A DNA stretch of 64,000 bases, from the sequence record NC_070967.1, one strand, 5' to 3'. Both the position numbers and the translations under genes were made by a program. The notes below the pieces were generated by a model. The model did no database searches. It saw only the letters and a list, made by a program, of their open reading frames with translations, and was not told the origin of the DNA. Positions 27,490-37,243 of this stretch are shown in pieces (within the stretch, counting starts at the first letter, position 1; each line of letters starts with the position of its first letter).

Positions 27490-28623
27490 ATGCAGAAGAT
27501 TAGTTTTAATATTGATAAACTCCAGAGTATCATTGGTGCTGCGAAAGCTTCGGCAAACAGTGGTCAAAGACGTGAGTTCACAAATACTGCGTTCCTTCCA
27601 GATGGTACGCATAAAATGCGATTCTTCCTAGGTCCAGATAATGAACTGTTCCGTGATGTGAAGATGTATCAATTCAAGGGTAAGAAGACTCTGTCTCCTC
27701 AAGTCTTGAATCGTGAGAATGAGAAGAATCCTGAATGGCCTAAGATTGTACAGGCTATGAAGCCTGAATGGAAAGAACAAGAGGTTACGAAGATTCCTCT
27801 TGAAGATACCATTGACAAGGCTGCTAAGGAAATTAATAACTGGAAGTCTGGTCTATCTCTGAAGGGTCGTACCATGGTTTATGCCAAGGTATATGCGACT
27901 AACAAGGAAGATCAGTACTGGAAGCCAGATAATGTGTATGCCGTCATTGGTAAGAAGAAGCTGAAGGATGCTATTCTTGCTATGCTTGAATCTCTTGCAG
28001 CAGATTCGCCTGACTACATTATCTCGATGCTTAATCCTTCGCTATCTGGTGGTATGGTAACGGTTAACGTTACTGGTGGTACTCAAGGTGCAGTTACGAT
28101 TACTCCGATCCCTGGATCAACCAAGGATCCGATCCTTACTCTCGACGAGGCTGGTAAGGGTCCAGAATGGTGGAGACCTCTTGATGAAGTCTTCATTGGT
28201 AAAGATTTTAATCTCAAGGCATGGGAAGAAGCTGAAGCAGAAGCTCAGAAGATTCTTGCTGAATGGCGTGAGAAGAAGGCTAATGGCACTGCTCCATCAG
28301 GTGATGGAGATGGTGACGGAGAAGGCAGCTCTGATGATAAGGAGGGCGAGAGGTCTAGTACCTCTCAGTCCTCTCAATCTGAATCTCAGCAGTCATCTGA
28401 AGTAAAGGATTCTCCTAAAGAGGATCCTAAGCCTGAAGTGAAGACAGAGGTCAAGTCTGAACCTGACCTAGCTTCTAATCAGCGCAAGTGTCATACAGGT
28501 AGAGTAGTGACTCTACCTGATATCGCTATCCAGGATAATTGCTGGAAGGGATATGACGCTGGTAATATCAAGTGCATCTCATGTCCTGTGAACATTGAGT
28601 GCATGTCTGAGCAGGCTTTTTAA
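27490..28623 (+). CDS. gp32-like single-stranded DNA-binding protein with acidic linker and C-terminal Cys cluster
   Basis: FLPDG...MRFF N-terminus, acidic Ser-rich linker, position in the replication cluster. Confidence 0.55.
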   Translation: MQKISFNIDKLQSIIGAAKASANSGQRREFTNTAFLPDGTHKMRFFLGPDNELFRDVKMYQFKGKKTLSPQVLNRENEKNPEWPKIVQAMKPEWKEQEVTKIPLEDTIDKAAKEINNWKSGLSLKGRTMVYAKVYATNKEDQYWKPDNVYAVIGKKKLKDAILAMLESLAADSPDYIISMLNPSLSGGMVTVNVTGGTQGAVTITPIPGSTKDPILTLDEAGKGPEWWRPLDEVFIGKDFNLKAWEEAEAEAQKILAEWREKKANGTAPSGDGDGDGEGSSDDKEGERSSTSQSSQSESQQSSEVKDSPKEDPKPEVKTEVKSEPDLASNQRKCHTGRVVTLPDIAIQDNCWKGYDAGNIKCISCPVNIECMSEQAF

Positions 28624-28629
28624 GTCATA

Positions 28630-28668
28630 TGGGTGGGATTCAGAAATGGATTCCACCCAATTCTTTTG
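28630..28668 (+). terminator. Intrinsic terminator
   Basis: TGGGTGGGATTC / GGATTCCACCCA stem, then TTCTTTT. Confidence 0.7.
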
Positions 28669-28683
28669 TCTTCAGGATTATAA

Positions 28684-28974
28684 ATGTACGAACATTATAC
28701 TACCAGATTTAAACTGTTCGATGAGGTAGAAATCTCTGATAATTATCAATATGCAGGTGATTATAAAGGAGAGAAATTCCTCGTTACAGGTATCAAATAT
28801 GATCGTCCTCTTGGTATGACATTTAATTCTCATAGAAATGGTTATAGGATTAGTGACTTGAATCTTAACATTCAACTTACTCAGATAAGTAGAGATACAG
28901 GTCGAATGTACGATGCTCCGACTGATGAGTGGAAAGAGGAAGATTTGACTCTAATTAAGAGGAACGTACCGTGA
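28684..28974 (+). CDS. Hypothetical protein
   Basis: AGGA RBS. Confidence 0.6.
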   Translation: MYEHYTTRFKLFDEVEISDNYQYAGDYKGEKFLVTGIKYDRPLGMTFNSHRNGYRISDLNLNIQLTQISRDTGRMYDAPTDEWKEEDLTLIKRNVP

Positions 28975-29291
28975 AGTCTAGTAATCTATCTGCTGTCATA
29001 GAGCTCATGGATCTGAAAGAGAAGCTTAGACATCTAAGTGACTCAGAACATGGATTCATTAGAGTCGAGGTAGGTCAAGATAGTAGATGTAACTTCTTCA
29101 AAGATGGAAGTGCAAGTGTAGAAAGTGATTACGATGACGACGATGATGATCGTGTGATCCTGTCTAAGTCTAATTCTAAGCACAAGAAGATATCTTTCGA
29201 CATCTACACTCGCATTATACAGGTATTGCAGGACTCTATCTCGGACTGCAACGTGGCTCTCAAACAACTAGGAGTTGAGATTGATGACTAA
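28971..29291 (+). CDS. Hypothetical protein
   Basis: GTGA overlap. Confidence 0.6.
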   Translation: MKSSNLSAVIELMDLKEKLRHLSDSEHGFIRVEVGQDSRCNFFKDGSASVESDYDDDDDDRVILSKSNSKHKKISFDIYTRIIQVLQDSISDCNVALKQLGVEIDD

Positions 29292-30399
29292 TAATTCATT
29301 TGCAGATCGTCTTTCTAAGGTAACTACAGTACCTCCTCCAGCACCTGTAGGTAATCTACCTGTAGCTAAACCAGCAGGGTTCTCAGGGATCAAGTCTAAT
29401 ACCAATTCTGATCTCGTTTACAAGAGTGTTGTTACCAAGGATGACATCGAGAATCTTGGTAAGGATATTGGTCGATCTGTAGGTGAAACTACTGAGAAGA
29501 TCGTTCAGAAGGTTGCTCTCAGTAACTTCGGTGATCTAGGAGCTATCCTAGCTCAAGTTCAAGCTGAAGCTGATAAGCTGGATCCTAATGCACAATTCTC
29601 AGGTGTAGGTGGATGGATTAAGTCCAAATTCAAGGACATTAAATCCGTACTCATTCAACAGTTGAATAGCGCTAGTAAAGTATTTGATGATCTTGAAGTG
29701 AAGATCGCTGACAATATCGCTGTTCATCAAGAGTGGGTAAAGGATTTGGATCTCCTATACAAGGAGAATTACAATCACTTTAAAGCTATTAATGCACTCA
29801 TCGTCAAGGCTACTGAGTGGAAGGCTATGATCGAAACTCAGATCAAGAATCTGCCTCCGATCGATCCTAATGATCCTGAAGCTATGATGAAGGGTGAGCT
29901 CATTCGAGAACTCGAATCTCTGAAGAACCGTGCGGCTATCAAGCTCGACAACTTCACGAGACTTCGTATTATCTCGGAGAGTAATGCTCCTAAGATCAAG
30001 AGTCAGTCTGAGACATCTGAAACGACTATCATGACTCTTCGTGATCTCATGGAACAAGCCATTCCGATGATCAAGATGGAATTTGCACTCTATCTCCAAT
30101 CAATGGCATCTAAGTCTTCGCAAGATCTGATCAAGAATGGTCGTAATCTTGCTAATCAGACGCTGAAGAGATCTGCTGATGCAGCACATGATGCAGCTAT
30201 CACTTCAGCTACTTCTCTGAACGACTCTATCGTTCAGACAGATACTCTGGATCACATCCGTAAGAAGATGCTTGATACTGTGCAGAATGTTCGTAAGATC
30301 CAGAGTGATGCACAGGCTAAACGAGATGCAGATGCTAAGACTCTCAAGGAGAGTTCTGCAGCTTATCTCACTGAATTGCAGAAGAACAACGCTATCTAA
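29284..30399 (+). CDS. telA: TelA/KlaA-family toxic anion resistance protein
   Basis: Helical coiled-coil with DLG.IL.....KLDP...GW; directly precedes Ter genes. Confidence 0.75.
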   Translation: MTNNSFADRLSKVTTVPPPAPVGNLPVAKPAGFSGIKSNTNSDLVYKSVVTKDDIENLGKDIGRSVGETTEKIVQKVALSNFGDLGAILAQVQAEADKLDPNAQFSGVGGWIKSKFKDIKSVLIQQLNSASKVFDDLEVKIADNIAVHQEWVKDLDLLYKENYNHFKAINALIVKATEWKAMIETQIKNLPPIDPNDPEAMMKGELIRELESLKNRAAIKLDNFTRLRIISESNAPKIKSQSETSETTIMTLRDLMEQAIPMIKMEFALYLQSMASKSSQDLIKNGRNLANQTLKRSADAAHDAAITSATSLNDSIVQTDTLDHIRKKMLDTVQNVRKIQSDAQAKRDADAKTLKESSAAYLTELQKNNAI

Positions 30400-30417
30400 C
30401 GAGGATAAATCATAGAT

Positions 30418-31131
30418 ATGACTAACGCTATCACACTCGACCTCACCAAGAAGTTTGAACTCAATCTCGAGAAGGCTGGTATCACTCAGATTCCAGTTCT
30501 AGAGACTCGTCTTGCAGTAGATCGTTCAGGTTCTATGCAGGAAGAATTCGATGCAGGATGGGTTGATAAGACGATCAATCTCTTCATCGTAGCAGCTATG
30601 AAGTTCGATGACAACCAGTCTCTGGAAGTCGGATTCTTCAATACTGAATTCACTCAGACTCCTGAAGCTCAGGCTGGTGATGTAGGTACGTATCTTAAGA
30701 GCAAGGCTCGTAATATTCGTCCGACGTCTGGTACATACTATGCTCCAATCATCGAGAATCTCGAGTCTAAGATGTCAGCCTCTGCTCCTATTCAGGAGAA
30801 GAAGTCTGGATTCTTCGGATTCTTCAAAGGAGACTCTTCTGCTCCAGCATCTAAGGAACGAGTAGCTAAGAACAAGGCATACGTTGGTGTTATCACTGAC
30901 GGTGATCCTGGTGATAAGCGTAGCTTTGAGTCTGCTCTCGCTAATACTTCTGGCGATACGTTCTACCAGTTCATCGCTATCGGTAATCAGATCGATGCCA
31001 ACTATCTGAAGGGACTGTCGAATCAGTACAAGCATGTATCCTTCATTCATCTGAAGGATCCTTACAAGGTGACTGACGACTCCTTCTACGAGAACCTCTG
31101 CAATGAGAAATTCGTAGCCTGGACGAAGTAA
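30418..31131 (+). CDS. vWA domain protein, TerF-C-terminal type
   Basis: MIDAS DRSGSM, T in GTYYAP, VITDGD, FYQFIAIG. Confidence 0.85.
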   Translation: MTNAITLDLTKKFELNLEKAGITQIPVLETRLAVDRSGSMQEEFDAGWVDKTINLFIVAAMKFDDNQSLEVGFFNTEFTQTPEAQAGDVGTYLKSKARNIRPTSGTYYAPIIENLESKMSASAPIQEKKSGFFGFFKGDSSAPASKERVAKNKAYVGVITDGDPGDKRSFESALANTSGDTFYQFIAIGNQIDANYLKGLSNQYKHVSFIHLKDPYKVTDDSFYENLCNEKFVAWTK

Positions 31132-31137
31132 TACTTT

Positions 31138-31174
31138 AAGTAGTAGCTTCGTACCAGCGGAGCTACTACTTTTC
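31138..31174 (+). terminator. Intrinsic terminator
   Basis: AAGTAGTAGCT / AGCTACTACTT stem, then TTT. Confidence 0.75.
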
Positions 31175-31201
31175 ATTAATCTGGTAATCCTAGAGGGTTA
31201 A

Positions 31202-32239
31202 ATGTTTAAATATTTCGGTGGATCGTTCATTTTCGCAGCTGCAGCATTGATTGGACTGTATTTCTTCACAGGCAATCCTGCTGCTCTAGTGACAGCAGTT
31301 GTTCTCTCAATCGTAGAGGTAGCTGTTAGCTTCGACAATGCTATCGTAAATGCATCAATCATGAAGACGATGTCTCCTTTCTGGAAGAAGATGTTCGTTA
31401 CAGTCGGTATGTTGTTTGCAGTAGGATTCATGAGACTATACTTCCCGATTCAGATCGTATCAGCGATTGGAGGTATCTCACTCCACGAAGCTGGTCATCT
31501 AGCTCTTGCTGAGCCTGATCAATTCTCTCACATTCTTATCGAATCTCATCACATCGTAGCTGGATTTGGTGGTGCATTCCTTATGCTCGTAGCTTTGAAG
31601 TACTTTATCAATGCTGAGAAGGATGTCCACTGGGTACATGCTATTGAAGCACCTCTAGCATCTCTCGGTAAGCTTGATGAAGTCCAAGTTCTGATCGTAG
31701 CAGTTGTATCGTATATCCTTTCTCGCTATCTCGGAGATCATGGTACAGAGTTCTTCTATGCTGCTTTGATCGGTATCGGTACACATATTGTAGTTGATCT
31801 GATCAAAGAAACTCTGAGTCATATCGATACGTTTCTTGCTAAGGGAGCAGATGTAGCAGTCAAGGGAGGTCTTGGTGCATTCATCTATCTTGAAGTACTT
31901 GATGCATCCTTCTCGTTCGATGGAGTCATCGCTGCATTCGCTATCACCAATCAGATTGCAGTCGTAGCTGCAGGTCTTGGTATCGGTGCTATGTTCGTAC
32001 GTAGTCTGACTCTCATGCTTGACGACAAGGATACTCTCACGACTTTCCGATATCTTGAGAGTGGTGCATTCTGGGCTATTGGTGGACTTGCTGCATTCAT
32101 GTACATCAGCACACTTGTACATGTCTCAGAGTGGATTATCGCAGGATTCTCTGCTGTAGTCATTCTCGTATCGTTCCTACATTCGATTAAGGCTAACAAG
32201 GATGAAGAACTCCTACAGCCTGTCCTCGAAATTCATTAA
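31202..32239 (+). CDS. DUF475 (TerC-like) integral membrane protein
   Basis: EVAVSFDNAIVNA and LEVLDASFSFDGVIAAFAIT signatures. Confidence 0.92.
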   Translation: MFKYFGGSFIFAAAALIGLYFFTGNPAALVTAVVLSIVEVAVSFDNAIVNASIMKTMSPFWKKMFVTVGMLFAVGFMRLYFPIQIVSAIGGISLHEAGHLALAEPDQFSHILIESHHIVAGFGGAFLMLVALKYFINAEKDVHWVHAIEAPLASLGKLDEVQVLIVAVVSYILSRYLGDHGTEFFYAALIGIGTHIVVDLIKETLSHIDTFLAKGADVAVKGGLGAFIYLEVLDASFSFDGVIAAFAITNQIAVVAAGLGIGAMFVRSLTLMLDDKDTLTTFRYLESGAFWAIGGLAAFMYISTLVHVSEWIIAGFSAVVILVSFLHSIKANKDEELLQPVLEIH

Positions 32240-32268
32240 CATTAACTCCTAGATAAGGATTTGGAGAA

Positions 32269-32853
32269 ATGATCGTGCTCGACCTCAATAAAGACGCAGG
32301 TATCGTACTGGATCTCAGCAAGGAAGATCCGACCCTTGAGACTCTCAAGATCAAGCTGGACTGGAATCCTCATCCAGTTCACGGCGCTAGCCTGACAGAT
32401 GGCTTCGACTTGGATATCTTCGCATATGTTCTCAATGAACAAGGCAAGATCACTAGTGGTTCTGATGTTGTATTCTTCAATAATAAGAATTTCGCTAATG
32501 GTGCTATTGTTCTTCCTAAGGACAACCGTACTGGTGAAGGTGACGACGATGAAGAATTGCTCATCACCACGTCTAAGATTCCTGCAGACAAGAAGTCTGT
32601 AGCTATCTATGTGACCATTCACAAGGCTACAGAACGTGGTCATCACTTCGGTATGGTATCTGGAGCATCTCTCCAGTTCATCAATGCTGACTCTGGTAAG
32701 ATTATTGCCAAGTATGACCTGACTGCTAACTACTCTGGTAATACTGCATTCTTTGGTGGTATCCTTTCTGTCGAGAATGGTAAGGGTAAGTTCCAATCGA
32801 ATGGTGAAGCAGCAGACGCAGATCCTAACCAGATCGCTCAGCTGTACGTTTAA
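32269..32853 (+). CDS. terD: TerD-family protein
   Basis: DLDIFAY, VFFNN, DNRTGEGDDDEE. Confidence 0.92.
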   Translation: MIVLDLNKDAGIVLDLSKEDPTLETLKIKLDWNPHPVHGASLTDGFDLDIFAYVLNEQGKITSGSDVVFFNNKNFANGAIVLPKDNRTGEGDDDEELLITTSKIPADKKSVAIYVTIHKATERGHHFGMVSGASLQFINADSGKIIAKYDLTANYSGNTAFFGGILSVENGKGKFQSNGEAADADPNQIAQLYV

Positions 32854-32860
32854 CATTATC

Positions 32861-32898
32861 GGGCTGGTATCTCATTCGAGGTACTGGCCCTTCTTTTT
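32861..32898 (+). terminator. Intrinsic terminator
   Basis: GGGCTGGTATCTC-ATTC-GAGGTACTGGCCC, then TTCTTTTT. Confidence 0.8.
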
Positions 32899-32909
32899 GG
32901 AGAAATTTC

Positions 32910-33542
32910 ATGGATATTGCATTATTTGGTCTAATTGACTATACACTCTTCAGCTGGGTACTTTTCGCAGTGCTCATCGGATTTGTAGGTATCATTGAAG
33001 AGAATGAACTACCTATTCCAGCATTCATTGTATTTATTGTAGGTCTTACCGCACTTCAGTACTATACAGATCTGAAAGCTTGGACATACGTCTACGAGAA
33101 TCCTTGGTACTTCCTCTTGTATGTAGTTATCTACATCATAGCTGGTATCGTATGGTCTCATGTTAAATGGGTACTTTATCTTCAAGAGATCAAGCGTTAT
33201 CATCCTACGAGCATCAAAGAAGCAGAGGCTCACGCACTCGTAGTTGAAAAACGTAATGAAGAGTATCGTAGTACTCATCCTGAGTACAAATGTCAGTCTG
33301 TTGATGTTAATAAAGAAGCGATCGAATATACTACTAAGAGATTCCGATTGAAGTCTCTTCCTCCGAAGGCTTCTGAAAAGAAGGTAGCTATCACATCATG
33401 GTTGATGTACTGGCCTATCTCTGCACTATGGACAGTTGTTGATAATTTCGTACTTAATCTATTCAACAATTTGTTCGAACTGATTCGTGCTAGCTATCAG
33501 CAGGTATCGGATCGTATATTCGCTGATTTTACGACCAAGTGA
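32910..33542 (+). CDS. Multi-pass membrane protein
   Basis: Several hydrophobic segments; GGAG RBS. Confidence 0.75.
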   Translation: MDIALFGLIDYTLFSWVLFAVLIGFVGIIEENELPIPAFIVFIVGLTALQYYTDLKAWTYVYENPWYFLLYVVIYIIAGIVWSHVKWVLYLQEIKRYHPTSIKEAEAHALVVEKRNEEYRSTHPEYKCQSVDVNKEAIEYTTKRFRLKSLPPKASEKKVAITSWLMYWPISALWTVVDNFVLNLFNNLFELIRASYQQVSDRIFADFTTK

Positions 33543-33560
33543 GGCTCGATTAGCCTTCCT
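33534..33560 (+). promoter_or_regulatory. Bipartite motif copy (ACCAA-N13-AGCCTTCCT)
   Basis: 29 nt upstream of the FEN gene. Confidence 0.55.
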
Positions 33561-33589
33561 CTTTATCGAGAGAACGAAGTGAGATATTT

Positions 33590-34495
33590 ATGACTGTTCT
33601 AATATTTGATGGATCACATCTGCTACAACGGATGAAGTTCGTAGCTGTTAAAGAGAATCGTATATCCTCAAAGTATATGTCATGGCTCTTATTTCGTTCT
33701 CTCATTAAGAAGTGTGTTGAGAATCAACCTTCTCGTATTTATGTACTATGGGATGAAGGAGCTTGTACATATAGGCATAAGATTGTTGAAGGCTATAAAG
33801 AAAGTCGAATCAACAATAATCCTTCAGAGAAGGACGTTCTCGCATTTAGAGAATTTCTAGATTCACGTAGATATCTCCATGAGATCCTACCTACAATTGG
33901 TGTAGTATCTATCAAAGTACCTGGAGTAGAAGCAGACGATTGGGGACATTATCTCTCTAATAAGTTTGATACGGGTGTTCTCGTAAGTGAGGATAAGGAC
34001 TGGCTTCTTAATCTCCGCCCAGGATGGAAGTTGATTCGTCCCATTATCAAAGAAGAGTATACATGGGAATCGTTCGACAAAATGATGAACGAACGCTACT
34101 ATAAGAATCCCACTGAGTACACTCACTATGACCCTCTCAAGAAGTATCTGATCATGAAGGCAGTTTATGGAGACAAGGACGAGGTTCCTCGTATCACAAC
34201 TCCTGCTCCTGCTAAGAAGATTATTGATTACTTGACTGGTCAAATCAAGTCGTTGGATCCTAAGGAGAAGAGCACTTTAGACAATAGTCGTAAAGAGCTA
34301 GCTCGTAATCTTAGACTAGCGGCTACTGACTGGCTGACAGTTCATCCTGAACTTATTGATAGTGAAGGAATCCATCAGTCAGAACTAAATAGGGTAACGT
34401 ACAAGAGTAAAGAGAATTTCTTAAAAGTCGCATCTGAGTTAAATCTCTTTCAATACATTAATAAATGGCATAAAATATCGGAGAGACTAAGTTGA
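33590..34495 (+). CDS. 5'-3' exonuclease / T4 RNase H-like FEN
   Basis: FDGSH, WDEG, YKESR, EADD, SEDKD, GDKD. Confidence 0.88.
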   Translation: MTVLIFDGSHLLQRMKFVAVKENRISSKYMSWLLFRSLIKKCVENQPSRIYVLWDEGACTYRHKIVEGYKESRINNNPSEKDVLAFREFLDSRRYLHEILPTIGVVSIKVPGVEADDWGHYLSNKFDTGVLVSEDKDWLLNLRPGWKLIRPIIKEEYTWESFDKMMNERYYKNPTEYTHYDPLKKYLIMKAVYGDKDEVPRITTPAPAKKIIDYLTGQIKSLDPKEKSTLDNSRKELARNLRLAATDWLTVHPELIDSEGIHQSELNRVTYKSKENFLKVASELNLFQYINKWHKISERLS

Positions 34496-34694
34496 CAGTT
34501 AAGTCTATCAATGAAGTCATAAACAACCTGACGAATCTTGTAGAACAGGGTGGTATTCAGGCTATCAAGAATGCATCTGATGAAGATCTATACGCACTGT
34601 TCAGATCTTATATTATGATGAATGATCTTCTCAAAATTAGACAGTCACGCATTGCTAACTTAGAGCGTGGCATCAAATAATCTTAGGGTATATT

Positions 34695-35564
34695 ATGAAC
34701 TTAGAATCTATGAAGGCTGCTCTCGAAGAATCAGGTAAATACATGATTCTCGATGTCTATAAGTATCAAGACAAATATAATGAGAATATAGATAATAGAC
34801 CCTTGCGACTGGTCTCTGTTATCGATACTGAAACGACTGGTCTAGATTCTAAGAAAGACTCTATTATAAATCTCGGAATAGTGAACATCGAAGTTGATGA
34901 CGATGGTAATATCTATCGAGTAGTGGAAGGATATAATGGATTTGAGCAACCTCGCTATCCTATCCCTCCACACATTACAGATATCACAGGAATCACCGAT
35001 GATCTAGTCAAAGGTCATAAATTTGATTATGACAAAGTGAATAAAATGTTGGATGCATCGGATCTTGTCATTGCTCACAATGCTGGATTCGATCGTCCAT
35101 TCGTAGATGATAAGTTTACATCATCTAAAGAAAAGATATGGGCATGTTCGTTAGAAGATGTTCCATGGAAAGCTTATAATTTTGGTAGTAAGCGATTAAT
35201 TGATATTGCAATCCACTTTGGATTCTACTATAATGCCCATCGTGCAATCAGTGACGTAATGGCTCTTGTTCATATCTTGAGCAAGAAGCTAGACGGTACC
35301 ACGATGATGAGCCATATGCTCGATTCTATAAGTAAATCGTACGTGATGATCTATGCATTAGAAGCTCCGTTCGAAACAAAGGATCTGTTGAAGGCTAAGA
35401 GATATAAATGGGATTTTGTCAGAAAGTCCTGGTACAAGATTGTACCTACATCGGTATCTATGTTTGAGAAAGAATTTCTTGAAAGAGAGATCTACGATGG
35501 ATCTCCGAGATATCAAATCACACCATTACCACGAAATACGGTATATAGTACTCTGGTCAAATAA
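34695..35564 (+). CDS. DnaQ/Pol III epsilon-like DEDDh exonuclease
   Basis: IDTETTG, HNAGFD, HRAISD. Confidence 0.9.
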   Translation: MNLESMKAALEESGKYMILDVYKYQDKYNENIDNRPLRLVSVIDTETTGLDSKKDSIINLGIVNIEVDDDGNIYRVVEGYNGFEQPRYPIPPHITDITGITDDLVKGHKFDYDKVNKMLDASDLVIAHNAGFDRPFVDDKFTSSKEKIWACSLEDVPWKAYNFGSKRLIDIAIHFGFYYNAHRAISDVMALVHILSKKLDGTTMMSHMLDSISKSYVMIYALEAPFETKDLLKAKRYKWDFVRKSWYKIVPTSVSMFEKEFLEREIYDGSPRYQITPLPRNTVYSTLVK

Positions 35565-36019
35565 TGAAGAAGAATGTATTAGTAGGATTAGATCATAGGA
35601 TCCTTACAGGTCTAGATAGTCTTGTCCTACTCTTATGCACCAGACTACAAATCAAGAAAATCCATCTTCAGAGACTCCTGGTTTGTATTTATTGTGTCTT
35701 ATTGCATAAAATTGGATTTTCTGTTATAGGCATCCTTGTTCTACAAGGTTTACAAGAATTGTCCCTGTTAAATATGGGGACGAAATCATACAACAATTAC
35801 ATCGAGGGAACTCGATTTGAGCCATTCAATATTTATGTCAGGCTCATCTCCTTCCTATTCTGTATATATTATACTGCATATTCATTCGCTCTTCATGAGA
35901 TCACTACAATTAATGTACTTCAGAAGATTATTCTGGAAGTGTACGTGTATAGTGTATTCTGTCGAGACTACAACGGTACGACGCAAGTAGAGTACTGGGA
36001 CGAGACGAAGTTCGCCTGA
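35564..36019 (+). CDS. Hydrophobic hypothetical protein
   Basis: TAATG-coupled ORF filling the gap. Confidence 0.45.
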   Translation: MKKNVLVGLDHRILTGLDSLVLLLCTRLQIKKIHLQRLLVCIYCVLLHKIGFSVIGILVLQGLQELSLLNMGTKSYNNYIEGTRFEPFNIYVRLISFLFCIYYTAYSFALHEITTINVLQKIILEVYVYSVFCRDYNGTTQVEYWDETKFA

Positions 36020-36031
36020 ATAAGCCTTCTC
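36005..36031 (+). promoter_or_regulatory. Bipartite motif variant (ACGAA-N13-AGCCTTCTC)
   Basis: Same spacing. Confidence 0.5.
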
Positions 36032-36096
36032 TTCTTAGAGAATCAAGAATTTTCTACTTAGATATAAATTTAATTTAACATAACATTAGGTATAAA

Positions 36097-36552
36097 ATGC
36101 CTCTACTATTCAGAGAAAATATCTGGAGAGTCGATCTTCAACTTAATCGCAATATTCTATTCCTCTTTGGTGACAATGAGGCTAGATATGGCTTAGGTGG
36201 TCAAGCTAGAGAGTGCAGAGGAGAGCCTAACGCTGTAGGCGTCAGAACTAAGAAGAAACCTTCTCGAGATAATGACGCTTACTGGTCTGATAATAAGTAC
36301 GATAAATATGTTGAAATGATCGATGAAGATTTTAAACGTGCATTCGATCATATCTTAGCAGGAGGTACAGTAGTCTGTCCTATGGCTAAGCTAGGATCTG
36401 GTATGTCTGAGCTCCCTACAAGAGCACCTAAACTTTATCGATATATTGAATATAAAATTAGCGAACTCGGTCGTCTGGGCAACATGATCCGAGAAGTCGA
36501 TACTGAGATTAGTGATAGATACCTTGCTCAGAAGGGTATCTTGAAAACATAA
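36097..36552 (+). CDS. Conserved phage protein (FGDN/GGQA motif), possibly macro-like fold
   Basis: LFGDN..R.G.GGQA...RGEPNAVG..TK. Confidence 0.6.
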   Translation: MPLLFRENIWRVDLQLNRNILFLFGDNEARYGLGGQARECRGEPNAVGVRTKKKPSRDNDAYWSDNKYDKYVEMIDEDFKRAFDHILAGGTVVCPMAKLGSGMSELPTRAPKLYRYIEYKISELGRLGNMIREVDTEISDRYLAQKGILKT

Positions 36553-36561
36553 GAGTTCAAA

Positions 36562-36825
36562 ATGAACAAACTAGGTATTTCATGCTATGAAGTGCTATGG
36601 ATTGTTATCCAATTATCTCTCATTACCATTAGTATATTAGGTAATGTAAATTGGGATTGGTTTACAGTTCTAACTCCAGTTTGGACACATCTTTTCTTAA
36701 CAATGATGACATTCCTATACGTTAGTCGTTATCGTAATTCGTCATTCAGTTACAGAAAAGATAGATCCTACTTGATGAACAAGTTCTTCAGCATATCTAT
36801 CAAACTGTTATCCACAGAGAGATAA
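36562..36825 (+). CDS. Small membrane protein
   Basis: Two hydrophobic segments. Confidence 0.55.
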   Translation: MNKLGISCYEVLWIVIQLSLITISILGNVNWDWFTVLTPVWTHLFLTMMTFLYVSRYRNSSFSYRKDRSYLMNKFFSISIKLLSTER

Positions 36826-36985
36826 ATGAATCTGCAAGTTAAAGAGTGCCAGTCTTCTTTGACGATTCGGAGAGCTATACAGACGTTGGTCCGGAGATAT
36901 GAAAATGCTCAGACTTACGTAATGAAGAAATCTGACGACAAAGTAGGCAAAGAATTAGTAGTCCAATAACGGGGTATCGTATAAG

Positions 36986-37231
36986 ATGGCGCATGGGGAT
37001 GCAGTTGTTCAACTCAAGCCTTTGTCTACTACAGAATCTTTGTCTAGTATCTTGAATCTTTTGGACGCATCTAGTCGTGTAGAAGATATCAGTAATATGA
37101 CCGTAGAAGTTTTAGATAAGTGGGCTAATAATTTAGCTGGCTTCGTAGGTCTGAAAGTGACAAGTGTCACTGAAGACGCAATTGAATTTATTCCAAGTCC
37201 TGGACATAGAATTATTTTAGACGTCGCATAA
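36986..37231 (+). CDS. Hypothetical protein
   Basis: Packed ORF. Confidence 0.55.
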   Translation: MAHGDAVVQLKPLSTTESLSSILNLLDASSRVEDISNMTVEVLDKWANNLAGFVGLKVTSVTEDAIEFIPSPGHRIILDVA

Positions 37232-37243
37232 TCAGGAAATATT

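Noticed and set aside
32242-32856. 204-aa minus-strand ORF
   Set aside because: Antisense to the well-supported terD gene; no independent coding signal
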